Assembly (NCBI GenBank): GCA_026015035.1
Contig: JAOZHB010000050.1
Coordinates: forward strand, 1-54,567
Reading direction: 5' to 3'
DNA from: Candidatus Bathyarchaeota archaeon
GTDB lineage: Archaea > Thermoproteota > Bathyarchaeia > RBG-16-48-13 > GCA-020355125
DNA: 54,567 nucleotides
Shown here: one piece after another, positions 20,669 through 29,744 of the stretch
How the letters are laid out: every line of letters starts with the position of its first letter
Numbering within the stretch: the stretch's first letter is position 1
The notes under the pieces: model-generated
Databases searched by the model: none
What the model was told of the DNA's origin: nothing
What the model saw: the letters and a program-made list of their open reading frames with translations, nothing else
Translations under genes and position numbers: made by a program

Positions 20669-21859
20669 ATGATTATTTCATTGCGTGAACTAAGCTATGA
20701 TGAACTGAAAAACAAGCTGAAAAAAGACGATGAAATCGTCCTATGGAGCTGTGATGAATGTATCAAACATTGCGGACTCGGTGGCATGGAGCAGCTACAA
20801 GTCTTAGAGGACTTGCTGAAGCGTGACGGATACCGCGTCCAGAAGGACCTGATAAGCCGATCATGTTTCCTGAACCTCGTCCGTAACCACGAAACCGCAG
20901 TGTCCCACGCCTCGACCATCATCGTGTTGGCATGCGACCTGGGCTACACATGCGTGAAAACCGTCTTTCAAGACAAACAGGTGGTGAAGACCATGAACAC
21001 CGTGGGGACAGGAAACTACACAGTTTACCGGGGCCCTGTTCTGACGTCACCCTTGCCGTGGACGAAATTAGAGCCTTCCGAAAACGGATACACGTTGAAA
21101 ACAGTGTCCGAGAAATTAGGGCTGTATCCTTCATTCTTTGACGCCGTTGACACGGTGGATCTTGTGAACATCGTGGTTGACGGTAAACCATTCCAAGCGA
21201 AAAACGGGGAGAACCTCCTGGATGCCTTGCAGAAGCTGGGCTTCAGGATTCCCCACTTATGTTATGACCCCAGTCTCGGATTGATTGGGGCATGCCGACT
21301 CTGTATGGTGAAAATCAAGGGACGGTTCTTCCCTTCCTGTTGCACGGAAGTTTCTGAAGGCATGGAGATCGTTGTGAACGACGATGACTTGGATGAGCAT
21401 CGTAGACTGATGCTGGAGTTCATCATCGCGGAAAAGGGGTTGGACGTGACCAAGAGAAGCAGGGAACTGCGTTACTGGACGCGAAAATACAAGCTTGCTG
21501 AAACGCGGTTCAAGCTGAAAATGAAGGACCAGCAGGTGGATGATTCAAGCGAGGTAATGGTTATCGACCCCAGCCTATGCGTCTTATGTGAGCGATGCGT
21601 TGTAGCCTGCAATAATGTGTCGGGGCAGCATGTCATCGATTTTGCCGGTCGAGGAAGCGATACACAGATGATAACGGGGTTAAATGAGCGGTTCAGTGAG
21701 ACAAACTGTGCCTCGTGCATGGCTTGTGCCCATTATTGTCCGACCGAGGCCATAACTCCCAAGCTCCTCATCAAAAAACTGGCGATAAAGCAGAAACCAC
21801 TCCAACCGATTGCACCTCCTTTGGTAGCGTCATCGATAAAATCCAGAGGAAATGGGTGA
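20669..21859 (+). CDS. Fusion of MetV N-terminal-like domain and NuoG/HydA/FdhA-type N-terminal Fe-S relay (no catalytic domain)
   Basis: SCDECIKHCGLGG..VLACDLG, then IPHLC..GACRLC..SC and CVLCERC..C/CASCMAC..CP; ends at 396 aa. Confidence 0.85.
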   Translation: MIISLRELSYDELKNKLKKDDEIVLWSCDECIKHCGLGGMEQLQVLEDLLKRDGYRVQKDLISRSCFLNLVRNHETAVSHASTIIVLACDLGYTCVKTVFQDKQVVKTMNTVGTGNYTVYRGPVLTSPLPWTKLEPSENGYTLKTVSEKLGLYPSFFDAVDTVDLVNIVVDGKPFQAKNGENLLDALQKLGFRIPHLCYDPSLGLIGACRLCMVKIKGRFFPSCCTEVSEGMEIVVNDDDLDEHRRLMLEFIIAEKGLDVTKRSRELRYWTRKYKLAETRFKLKMKDQQVDDSSEVMVIDPSLCVLCERCVVACNNVSGQHVIDFAGRGSDTQMITGLNERFSETNCASCMACAHYCPTEAITPKLLIKKLAIKQKPLQPIAPPLVASSIKSRGNG

Positions 21860-21895
21860 GATGAGAGGCCTAAGTTGGCTAATGAAAATAATTGA

Positions 21896-22141
21896 ATGAC
21901 CAAGAAGACGAAGAGTCTGGTAACAGCTAGGAGGTTTATGAAAATGAAGGTCGGTATTGGTTACCCAAAACCATGTGATGCGTGTTATTGGAAAAAGTGG
22001 CCGTATGCTCGGAAAGCCGAGGTCTGTGGTTTCCATAATAAGCCCAACGTAGATGGTACTTGTACACACTTCGAACATGAGTTTCCAGAAGTAGAATACG
22101 AACACCCTCTGAAAATGGACAGAAGACGAGGTCTAAGATAA
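21896..22141 (+). CDS. Small Cys/His-rich protein
   Basis: CDAC, CGFH, C; stop codon abuts the next start. Confidence 0.6.
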   Translation: MTKKTKSLVTARRFMKMKVGIGYPKPCDACYWKKWPYARKAEVCGFHNKPNVDGTCTHFEHEFPEVEYEHPLKMDRRRGLR

Positions 22142-23536
22142 ATGCGGTATAGAGTCGACCCCGAATTCAAGCATAAGATCATAAACAGGGAAGGCGGGGC
22201 CTCCTTTAAAACATGTTTCCAATGCGGCACATGTACCGCCAAGTGCCCCGTCTCCCAACACGTTGACTTGCTGCGACCCAATAAGATCCTTCACATAGCG
22301 AAGTTAGGCATACAGAACCACCTACACAGCAACGGGTTCTGGCTGTGTGCTGGCTGCAACGCCTGCGTCTCCACATGTCCCCAAGGCGTAGACCTCCCAG
22401 CAATCATGCACGCCATGAAAAGCCTGGCAGCAGAGGAGAACCAAATTCCTCGCTTTCTCTGCGACTATGAAGTGTTGCGAGAGATCCCGTTTCCCCTCAT
22501 ATATACGTGGCTCTGCCTTGACCCCGACAGCTTTCCCAGGTACCATTCTAACGTTAATGAATGGGTACGCCGAAGCATCCAGGGGTACCTTCGAAGGTAT
22601 CAGGAAGCCAAACCCGATATCACACACAAAGAGAAGGTCGCGGTCATTGGAAGCGGCCCCGCTGGACTCTCCTGTGCTTGGGAGCTGATCAGATGCGGCT
22701 TCTCTGTCACGATCCTGGAACGGGAGGAGCAGGCAGGCGGTATGCTACGGACAGGTTTACCCGCCCATAGATTACCGAAAGAGCTGGTGGACTCCGAGAT
22801 CCAACACCTTGAGGCCTTAGGCGTGGTTGTCAAGACCAACGAAGATGTGGACGCTTCGACCTTTAACGAGTTCGCAGGATATGACGCGGTCTTCTTGGCA
22901 ACGGGCTCCCATCGGAAACGGCGTCTACACGTGGAGGGAGAAGAATTGAGCGGGGTCATCCACGCCATCGACTTTCTTAAAACTATGAACACGCGTGGTC
23001 TATCCAGTTTAGACCGCGTCATCGTCATTGGTGGCGGTGGAGTAGCCATCGATGCCGCCCGCACCGCGATTCGATGTGGAGGTGGAGTGCGGATGTTCTG
23101 CCTCGAAGCAAGGAATGAGATTCCAGGTCATGAATGGGAGCTTCAGCAGGCCTTTGCGGAGGGCGTGGAACTGGAGCCCTCGTGGGGTGTCCAGCGAATC
23201 CTTGGTGAGAAGATAGTGGAAGGCCTCATCCTGAAGCGATGCATCCAAGTCTTCGATGGTCAAGGACGGTTTCATCCCGTTTACGACGAAGAGAAGACGA
23301 AGCGAGTGAACGCGGATACGATAATACTCGCGATTGGACAGGGACCCGATGTTTCCTACTTGGACAAGCTAGTGAAAGTGGGACGAGGCATTATCATTGA
23401 TCCCAACACGATGATGACAAGTGAAAACCGCGTCTATGCTGGAGGGGATGCCGTGAGGGGTGTCGCCAGCATCATGGAAGCCATGGATGATGGTAAACAA
23501 GCGGCATCGACGATTATCAAGCGGTTCTCTAGCTAA
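22142..23536 (+). CDS. HdrC-like 2x[4Fe-4S] domain fused to a GltD-like FAD/NAD(P) oxidoreductase
   Basis: CFQCGTC..CP, WLCAGC..C..CPQGVD; VAVIGSGPAGL, VIGGGGVAIDAAR, AIGQ, AGGD. Confidence 0.88.
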   Translation: MRYRVDPEFKHKIINREGGASFKTCFQCGTCTAKCPVSQHVDLLRPNKILHIAKLGIQNHLHSNGFWLCAGCNACVSTCPQGVDLPAIMHAMKSLAAEENQIPRFLCDYEVLREIPFPLIYTWLCLDPDSFPRYHSNVNEWVRRSIQGYLRRYQEAKPDITHKEKVAVIGSGPAGLSCAWELIRCGFSVTILEREEQAGGMLRTGLPAHRLPKELVDSEIQHLEALGVVVKTNEDVDASTFNEFAGYDAVFLATGSHRKRRLHVEGEELSGVIHAIDFLKTMNTRGLSSLDRVIVIGGGGVAIDAARTAIRCGGGVRMFCLEARNEIPGHEWELQQAFAEGVELEPSWGVQRILGEKIVEGLILKRCIQVFDGQGRFHPVYDEEKTKRVNADTIILAIGQGPDVSYLDKLVKVGRGIIIDPNTMMTSENRVYAGGDAVRGVASIMEAMDDGKQAASTIIKRFSS

Positions 23537-23643
23537 ATGGGGATCCCTGGCAAGTCCGCTTGGCTTCTAAGAATGGTGAATAACATGAATGTCACAAGCT
23601 AGATGAGGAACTCTACATCAACCACTATACCTACTATCGCCAG

Positions 23644-24678
23644 CTAGCTGACCTGACTTGGGAAAGAATTAGACTTGCTGATTTCAATGTTTATGGCCAC
23701 TGAAGCCATGGTTCCGCTATTTTCCGCTATCATCGCTAACATAATGGAAATGGCTCGATAGTAGGGGCTAATCGCTTTCCGCATTTGCCCCTCAACTTCT
23801 GTATCTAATTTCATCCGTAAGTTAAGGGCTTCATTTGCGGTGATTACATCCTTGGAAAAAAGGGATTCGACAGCTTTTTTAAATAATTCCTTTGTCAGTT
23901 GATCGATTGATGATAGCTTATTTAACTCACGCAGGTCTATTCCTGCTTTCATTGTGTGAAGGTCAAGAGCAATCTTGGCTAAGCTTTTTGAACAATCTGC
24001 AATCCTTTCCAAGTTTTTTGAAACGAGTCTTACAGAGATGGGACTGAAAGCTTCGTCTAAACCAATATTTTCAGCTAACGTGGGAGACTTCTGGGCAGAG
24101 AGTAATAACCTCGCAATGAGCCAGTAAATGTTATTGGCTTCGTCCTCTCTTTTAATTACGTCGTTAGCTAGCTCGGGGTCTTGTGTCAGTAGGGCTTCCA
24201 TGGCCTCATTCAGCATTGTAGACGTGATGACAGATAGTCGTTGTAATAGGGAATAGATATTCAATTTTGATGCGTTGATAAAGCATTGAAGAATGATTTC
24301 GTTTCGTGATGCTTCCATGATGCTGGCACCAACAAGTCTTTGAACAATGTTCCTCACTTCTTCGACTTGTTTACCTTTAATGCGGTTTGAGGCGTATATC
24401 TTGATTACATCGACACCCGTCATATAGCCGCCAACGATTAGCCGCTCCAATAGGTTGGGCTCTTTGATTTGGTCACAATTTATATAGTATTCATTTGGCT
24501 TCCTCGCTTCTCCAAGATTCTTCTCACTAAAGATTCGCAGGGACTCGTCTTTACCCTGGTCAATGTGGACAGTGTCTCCAGGTTTTAAGCCTACGAGGTT
24601 AACCCAAGCTTTTGGTAACGATACGCTGAGAGTCGAACGCCCAACTTTCTGAATTTTCCTTTGTTCCAAATCAGGCAC
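23644..24678 (-). CDS. AbrB/SpoVT-PhoU domain transcriptional regulator (second paralog)
   Basis: RKIQKVGRST..VSLPK.W; LERIAD PhoU motif. Confidence 0.9.
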   Translation of the reverse strand: MPDLEQRKIQKVGRSTLSVSLPKAWVNLVGLKPGDTVHIDQGKDESLRIFSEKNLGEARKPNEYYINCDQIKEPNLLERLIVGGYMTGVDVIKIYASNRIKGKQVEEVRNIVQRLVGASIMEASRNEIILQCFINASKLNIYSLLQRLSVITSTMLNEAMEALLTQDPELANDVIKREDEANNIYWLIARLLLSAQKSPTLAENIGLDEAFSPISVRLVSKNLERIADCSKSLAKIALDLHTMKAGIDLRELNKLSSIDQLTKELFKKAVESLFSKDVITANEALNLRMKLDTEVEGQMRKAISPYYRAISIMLAMIAENSGTMASVAINIEISKSNSFPSQVS

Positions 24679-24736
24679 TTCGCAACATAAAAAATTGGAA
24701 TTACAGATATTATTCCGCTTGTCATATGTATATGTT

Positions 24737-24886
24737 TCATATTCCGCTAATTACATACCCGTTAAGCGCGTGAGCCTCGTTTAACACCTCAGAGAGATCC
24801 GCGGTTTGTACAGGCGCCCCCTCTCCGGTGAAGACGAAGTCCTCCCTCTGCAGCTTCGTCATAAAGGTTAAACGGTCCTTTGTCAA
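24737..24886 (-). pseudogene. metF: 5' remnant of methylenetetrahydrofolate reductase
   Basis: Translates (M)TKDRLTFMTKLQREDFVFTGEGAPVQTADLSEVLNEAHALNGYV, resembling MetF N-termini; directly downstream of metV with GGAGG RBS; stops after 49 aa. Confidence 0.7.
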
Positions 24887-24900
24887 CGCCGTTTCCTCCG

Positions 24901-25650
24901 TTATTTCGTGGATTTGCCGTGGTTTCGAGCGTCTCGCAGGGCCTTCACGATGATCTCAGGTGTTTCGCTGGGCCCGAGAAGGGGACTGCTCTTAATCTTC
25001 ATATGGCTGGGAATGGCGTCGATTCCCCGGGGGTAGGCTTGTAATCCGAACTGTTTCGGGGACCGTATCTTCCGGAATAATTCCATCCGCCCCTGTTTTT
25101 TCAACCGCTCCCAAATTAAGACCCATGCGCAATCCCGGACGTATCCCCCCACCTCGCATTTTCCATCCATCATTCCGCCGCAGGGACCATTCATTAACCC
25201 CTTGGCACACCGTGTCACGGGGCAAATTCCCGCGGTCTCGCCTAAGTAGCATTCGCCACACGCCTTGCAGCGTTCATAGTACAGCCCTATTCGCTCAACC
25301 TTTCCCAAGAAGTGGGTATCTAATCCGGGAAAGCACGGAAGATCCACCACGTCAGACAGGGTTTGAACCCCCGCTCCACATGCCAAAACAAGTAATGCGT
25401 CAACGTCCTTTCCCAACCTCTTAATATGTCTCCAGTTCTTTCGGGCAAGTCGTTCGTCACAGGGGGCTTCTATCATCATGGTCTCTACAAACCATCGTCC
25501 GCGGAGTCTGTCAGCCATTTCCTCAACCTGCTTCTCCCCACCGGTTTGGACTTCCGTGGCACACGTGCCGCATCCAACGATCAACACGTTAGTGTAGGGT
25601 TCAAGATACCTCATGATTTCTTTAAGCGGTTTTTGGGTAGTGACGATCAT
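24901..25650 (-). CDS. metV: MetV (MTHFR C-terminal-domain Fe-S/Zn protein)
   Basis: MIVT.QKP, GCGTC, LACGAGVQ, CKACGEC, GICPVTRCAKGL.NGPCGG, CAW. Confidence 0.9.
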   Translation of the reverse strand: MIVTTQKPLKEIMRYLEPYTNVLIVGCGTCATEVQTGGEKQVEEMADRLRGRWFVETMMIEAPCDERLARKNWRHIKRLGKDVDALLVLACGAGVQTLSDVVDLPCFPGLDTHFLGKVERIGLYYERCKACGECYLGETAGICPVTRCAKGLMNGPCGGMMDGKCEVGGYVRDCAWVLIWERLKKQGRMELFRKIRSPKQFGLQAYPRGIDAIPSHMKIKSSPLLGPSETPEIIVKALRDARNHGKSTK

Positions 25651-25745
25651 CTTTCAGCATACCCTTTAACTATTCTCTTATTCCACGACGAATCAGTCAT
25701 CTTCTATGTGAGTCGTTATGTTAACTCACGGATGGACATACGACA

Positions 25746-25865
25746 CTAACTACTGGCTAGAAGCTTCAGCTTTCGGATTTCTTGATAACAGTCCTCGCAA
25801 TAAAACTTTCCACCACTATATACTAACAACTCTGTTTCTTTTCCACATTTATTGCATGTTTTCAT
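25746..25865 (-). CDS. 39-aa zinc-finger microprotein (MKTCNKCG...YCEDC)
   Basis: Manually translated; two CxxC; strong GGAGGTGA RBS. Confidence 0.7.
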   Translation of the reverse strand: MKTCNKCGKETELLVYSGGKFYCEDCYQEIRKLKLLASS

Positions 25866-25947
25866 CTATTTCACCTCCCCTCTAATGCGTCTTATTCTTT
25901 GAAGATACTATCGAAGTGCTCTTCGTGGATAGGTTGCCGTTATTGAG

Positions 25948-26091
25948 TTAGCTATGATGAACGGAGTTCTGTTGATTCATTACGACAAGTGGTGTTATCG
26001 CCTTGGTTTCTTCACAATTTGGACACTGCGGTTCAACACTGGCACTTAGAACTTCAAATATGACGCCACATTTTTTACATTTGTAATTCAT
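25948..26091 (-). CDS. Small rubredoxin/FmdB-like zinc-ribbon protein
   Basis: YKCKKCG..FE..CPNC. Confidence 0.65.
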   Translation of the reverse strand: MNYKCKKCGVIFEVLSASVEPQCPNCEETKAITPLVVMNQQNSVHHS

Positions 26092-26156
26092 CACATTTAC
26101 CTTAACGAAGGGGTTTAAGGAAAGACGTTGGTCCACGCTTCTAACGTTCTTATACT

Positions 26157-26489
26157 TTAACCTTGATGGGGGGCACTCAACGCCCTAATTTCTTCTGTGA
26201 TGACTTGAGCATTGGTTTCTCCTAACGACGTGAAGTTGTACTTTTCGGCTTCAACTTCGATATCTAGTGCATGGCTCGCTGTAGTGGTAACCGTATTGAT
26301 TTTCTCATAGGGGATATCCAGAGTCATGCGGTAACTAGGTCGGAAGAAACCTCCTTGCTCCCAGAACGTGAGCCTGTTATTTGTCAGTACTATGAACCCT
26401 TCTTTGCGATTATACAGTGCACGGTACTGGTGTTTAACTTGGTCAGCCGGGTCAAGTTCTTTTTTAACCAAATCTACTATGTTGGCCAT
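26157..26489 (-). CDS. PH-like domain protein
   Basis: G.IVLTNNRL.F...G.F....IPYEKI pattern. Confidence 0.7.
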   Translation of the reverse strand: MANIVDLVKKELDPADQVKHQYRALYNRKEGFIVLTNNRLTFWEQGGFFRPSYRMTLDIPYEKINTVTTTASHALDIEVEAEKYNFTSLGETNAQVITEEIRALSAPHQG

Positions 26490-26896
26490 TTTTTCCTCAC
26501 AAACACGGATACAATAAAAGCATATAAGTATTATCTTTAAAGTGTATATACAAGTAAATACTTGTTTGTGGCTAGCTAAAGTGAATCAACGGCATAGTTA
26601 CAATTGCTTGCTCGCCGAGGCATTCGATGCCCTTCATCTCGATGATTAAAGCTAGCAAGCGCTAGCTGAAGCCCCCTTCTTCGCGTTCACAGGTCAGCGT
26701 AAAGGGGAGAAGACCACCCCCAACGTTTCTACCGCGCCCGTCCTCTGCGGGGGAGAATGACGCCACATAACATGAAGCCCGTTCGTAAACACTCTTTTCC
26801 ATCCTCCTCGCTGGCAAATGAAGGATGCAATAATATTTTAGTAAACAGATTAATATTTGAAGAAAGGAATGTCTGCATTATAGAGGTTGAACAATA

Positions 26897-28048
26897 ATGA
26901 AAATAACGGACATTAAGGTCGTGAGAAACCGTAAACCAGTTATTCTGCCAGAAGCGTGGCAACCTGCATGGCAGATGCCAGATGTTGAACCGAGAAAGAC
27001 GATGGGATTCTCAATTATAACGATTCACACCGATGAAGGCATAACCGGCGTGGGCCCGGGACGACTTTCAGAGACGAACCTCGAACGGCTGAAGGGAGTC
27101 CTCGTGGGGTTTGACCCACTGTATGTGGAGGCGTTCTGGCAGAATTACATCTGTCAAAGCGGTGGACGAGGGATTACGGGGCGTGAATCGCTGGGCGGCG
27201 TGGACACTGCGCTGTGGGACATCGTCGGAAAGACCGTGGGCAAGCCCGTCTACAAGTTATTGGGTGCATATCGTGACCGAGTCCCAGTATACATTGCGAC
27301 GGCGCAACTGCACTCGCCCGAAGAGCATGCGAAGGAAGCGGTTGCGTTCAGGGAGCAAGGGGCGCGGGCCATCAAGCTACGCCTCCACCGACCCAACTAC
27401 AAGGACGACCTGGCCGTCGTCCAGGCGGTGCGGGACGCAGTCGGACCCGACATGAACATCATGGTGGACGGCAACCAAAACAACTGGTCACCCAGCTACA
27501 AACACTGGCCCCGTCGAATCGCCATGTGGATGGCGAAGAAACTGGACGCGTTGGACGTCTACTACTTTGAAGACCCCCTCCCCCTCCGAGATCTAGAGGG
27601 CCTCAAACAGCTGGCCAACGCCGTCGACATGTACATCTCGGGTGGCGAACACGCCCAAGACATCTTCCAATTCGCGTCGCTCCTGGTGAGCGGCGCGTTA
27701 GACATCGTTGAAACCGACATAACGATCGGCTCCCGCATCGGCATGACCGGCGCGAAGAAGGTGGCCCACATCGCCGAGGCGCTTGGAAAACGGGTGGTTC
27801 CGCACGTTACTACGGGGCCCAATAAAGGCCTTCATCTCGCTGCGTCTTTGCAGGTGGCGGCAACCGTGCCGGAGTGGGTGTGCCCCTACGTGGAGTACAT
27901 TCGAGAGCCGCCAGCGCTCACAGTGGAAACCCAACAATTCCTCATCAAAGAGCCCATACTCTTCGGAAAGGATGGGTGCGTGCCCGTGCCGCAGAAGCCG
28001 GGAATCGGCGTCGAAATCAACGAAGAAACGCTCAAAAAGTACTTGTAA
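26897..28048 (+). CDS. Mandelate racemase/muconate lactonizing enzyme family protein
   Basis: DTALWDI.GK..GKPVY.LLG, D-E-E metal ligands, PGIGVE. Confidence 0.93.
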   Translation: MKITDIKVVRNRKPVILPEAWQPAWQMPDVEPRKTMGFSIITIHTDEGITGVGPGRLSETNLERLKGVLVGFDPLYVEAFWQNYICQSGGRGITGRESLGGVDTALWDIVGKTVGKPVYKLLGAYRDRVPVYIATAQLHSPEEHAKEAVAFREQGARAIKLRLHRPNYKDDLAVVQAVRDAVGPDMNIMVDGNQNNWSPSYKHWPRRIAMWMAKKLDALDVYYFEDPLPLRDLEGLKQLANAVDMYISGGEHAQDIFQFASLLVSGALDIVETDITIGSRIGMTGAKKVAHIAEALGKRVVPHVTTGPNKGLHLAASLQVAATVPEWVCPYVEYIREPPALTVETQQFLIKEPILFGKDGCVPVPQKPGIGVEINEETLKKYL

Positions 28049-28178
28049 GCACAACTTGGCTGGATTGCAGAGAAACCAGCTGTGTTCAGCAGGGGAACAG
28101 CCGTTAGCGAGCGACTGTTACGTAGCTAGCTATTGGACTTGAGGATATCCGTAAAGGAATGCTCCGGGCATATGGAAA

Positions 28179-29300
28179 TTATGGAATGATTTCACAGCCG
28201 TTGTACTTCATGAAGTCAAAATCGTTTAAGCATATGTTCCCACATTGAATCAGCCTTCGAATCCGCGGCAGTTCTCTCGCGATTGCGTCAACGAGATTTC
28301 GCACGGTACCACATACTAGCCTGTAGGATTCGGCGCTCCAGCGTTTCGTAAGGTTGGCGTAGAGGCAGCGACCGCCGCAAACAGGGTACGTGTCACACGT
28401 TGTGCAGGGCTCATTTACGAGAACTTTCTTTAACTTGGAGGGGTCTGCGTGGCGGATGTGCCCGACGTAGTAGTCTCTCATGCCCCACATGGTGGGGCAG
28501 GGGATCAGGTGTCCATCTGTCTGTATGGCGTAATTTATCCAACCCCCGCCACACCGCAGTAACGCCTCGTCCTCACCGAACAGCAAGGAGTGGGTGATTC
28601 CGAGAAAGGGGTAAAGCCGTAACACCGTCCCCGTCGTCTCCATACACTGCACCCAAAAGTTCACAAGCCGTCGTATTCCCGGATTATAGCCGTCTTCACT
28701 CCACGTCGTGAAGGCTCTTCGCGGAAAATCGTCCCAAAACCCCGCGTTCAACTGCCAATGCACAGAGGAAAACGGGAAGTCGTCGTTTTCAACGAGCCAC
28801 GTGACCTGCTTGTGGATGTCAGTCTGCTCCATCACCGTCATCCGGGCAATGATCTCCCCTTGAAAGCCGTTTTGAGTGATCAACTTCAGGTTGTCAATGG
28901 TTTTCCTGAAGGTGCCGGTTCCTCGGTAATAATCGGTGACGGCTTCATCGCCGTCGATCGACACGAGGATCGTGTGGAAACGATTGACGTACTCTGGCTC
29001 CAAAGTATGTAACAGTACACCGTTCGTTTGCAGGATGAAGTGCTTGACCGTGACCCGATCCAGAATTTGCTTAACGACATCACCGCAGAGCAAGGGCTCG
29101 CCCCCATACAAAATGAGCACACACTCGTCATCCCGTCTACAAAACCGATCCAACACGTCCAGGTCATAATCGATCCTTTCGGGCAGAGAGTAGTCAAGGT
29201 CAAACCCGCGAAACCCCGTCTCCGTGTCCTTCAAGGCTTCACCAAAACAGTACCTGCATTGGAGAGGACACTCCGTCGTCACGATCACATGAAAAAACAT
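28179..29300 (-). CDS. Radical SAM/SPASM protein, AF_0577 (TIGR04084)-like
   Basis: CPLQCRYC, YGGEPL, CGGG, CP, C..C....CGGRC; family assignment from recognition only. Confidence 0.85.
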   Translation of the reverse strand: MFFHVIVTTECPLQCRYCFGEALKDTETGFRGFDLDYSLPERIDYDLDVLDRFCRRDDECVLILYGGEPLLCGDVVKQILDRVTVKHFILQTNGVLLHTLEPEYVNRFHTILVSIDGDEAVTDYYRGTGTFRKTIDNLKLITQNGFQGEIIARMTVMEQTDIHKQVTWLVENDDFPFSSVHWQLNAGFWDDFPRRAFTTWSEDGYNPGIRRLVNFWVQCMETTGTVLRLYPFLGITHSLLFGEDEALLRCGGGWINYAIQTDGHLIPCPTMWGMRDYYVGHIRHADPSKLKKVLVNEPCTTCDTYPVCGGRCLYANLTKRWSAESYRLVCGTVRNLVDAIARELPRIRRLIQCGNICLNDFDFMKYNGCEIIP

Positions 29301-29744
29301 CGTTCCTCACGACAACACCATGCCACACATTTTTAAACGGTACGCTTCCATCGCCGCCTTTCCACCGACCGTCCTTACGCCTCGTCCTACAGCACCCCAG
29401 GCAAAGTCTCAGAAACGTCAAATGAGACGGCAGCACAGACCCACCAACCACATAACCCGAGAACCACATGAGGAACCGATGTAAAGTCAGACTCTCCTCA
29501 CAATCATTCCTGTTCCTCCCTCTCAGTCCACTATCTAGATCCCTGTTCAAGCCGTTTTCACCCTCTTTACGCCCATTTACGCCCTTGAAACAGCCAAATA
29601 TCAAGCCTAAACATAATAGGAACCCCAAAAATAGGCGTTCCACAAAACGATAACATGATCAGCGCATACAACACGTGGGTGCGGAGGTGTGCCGGTGAAA
29701 TCTGCGAACATCGCCCACGTGTTTGAGGTGGAAGAGAAGGGGTA

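Noticed and set aside
17939-23536. Selenocysteine recoding in the redox operon
   Set aside because: No in-frame TGA interrupting a conserved motif was seen
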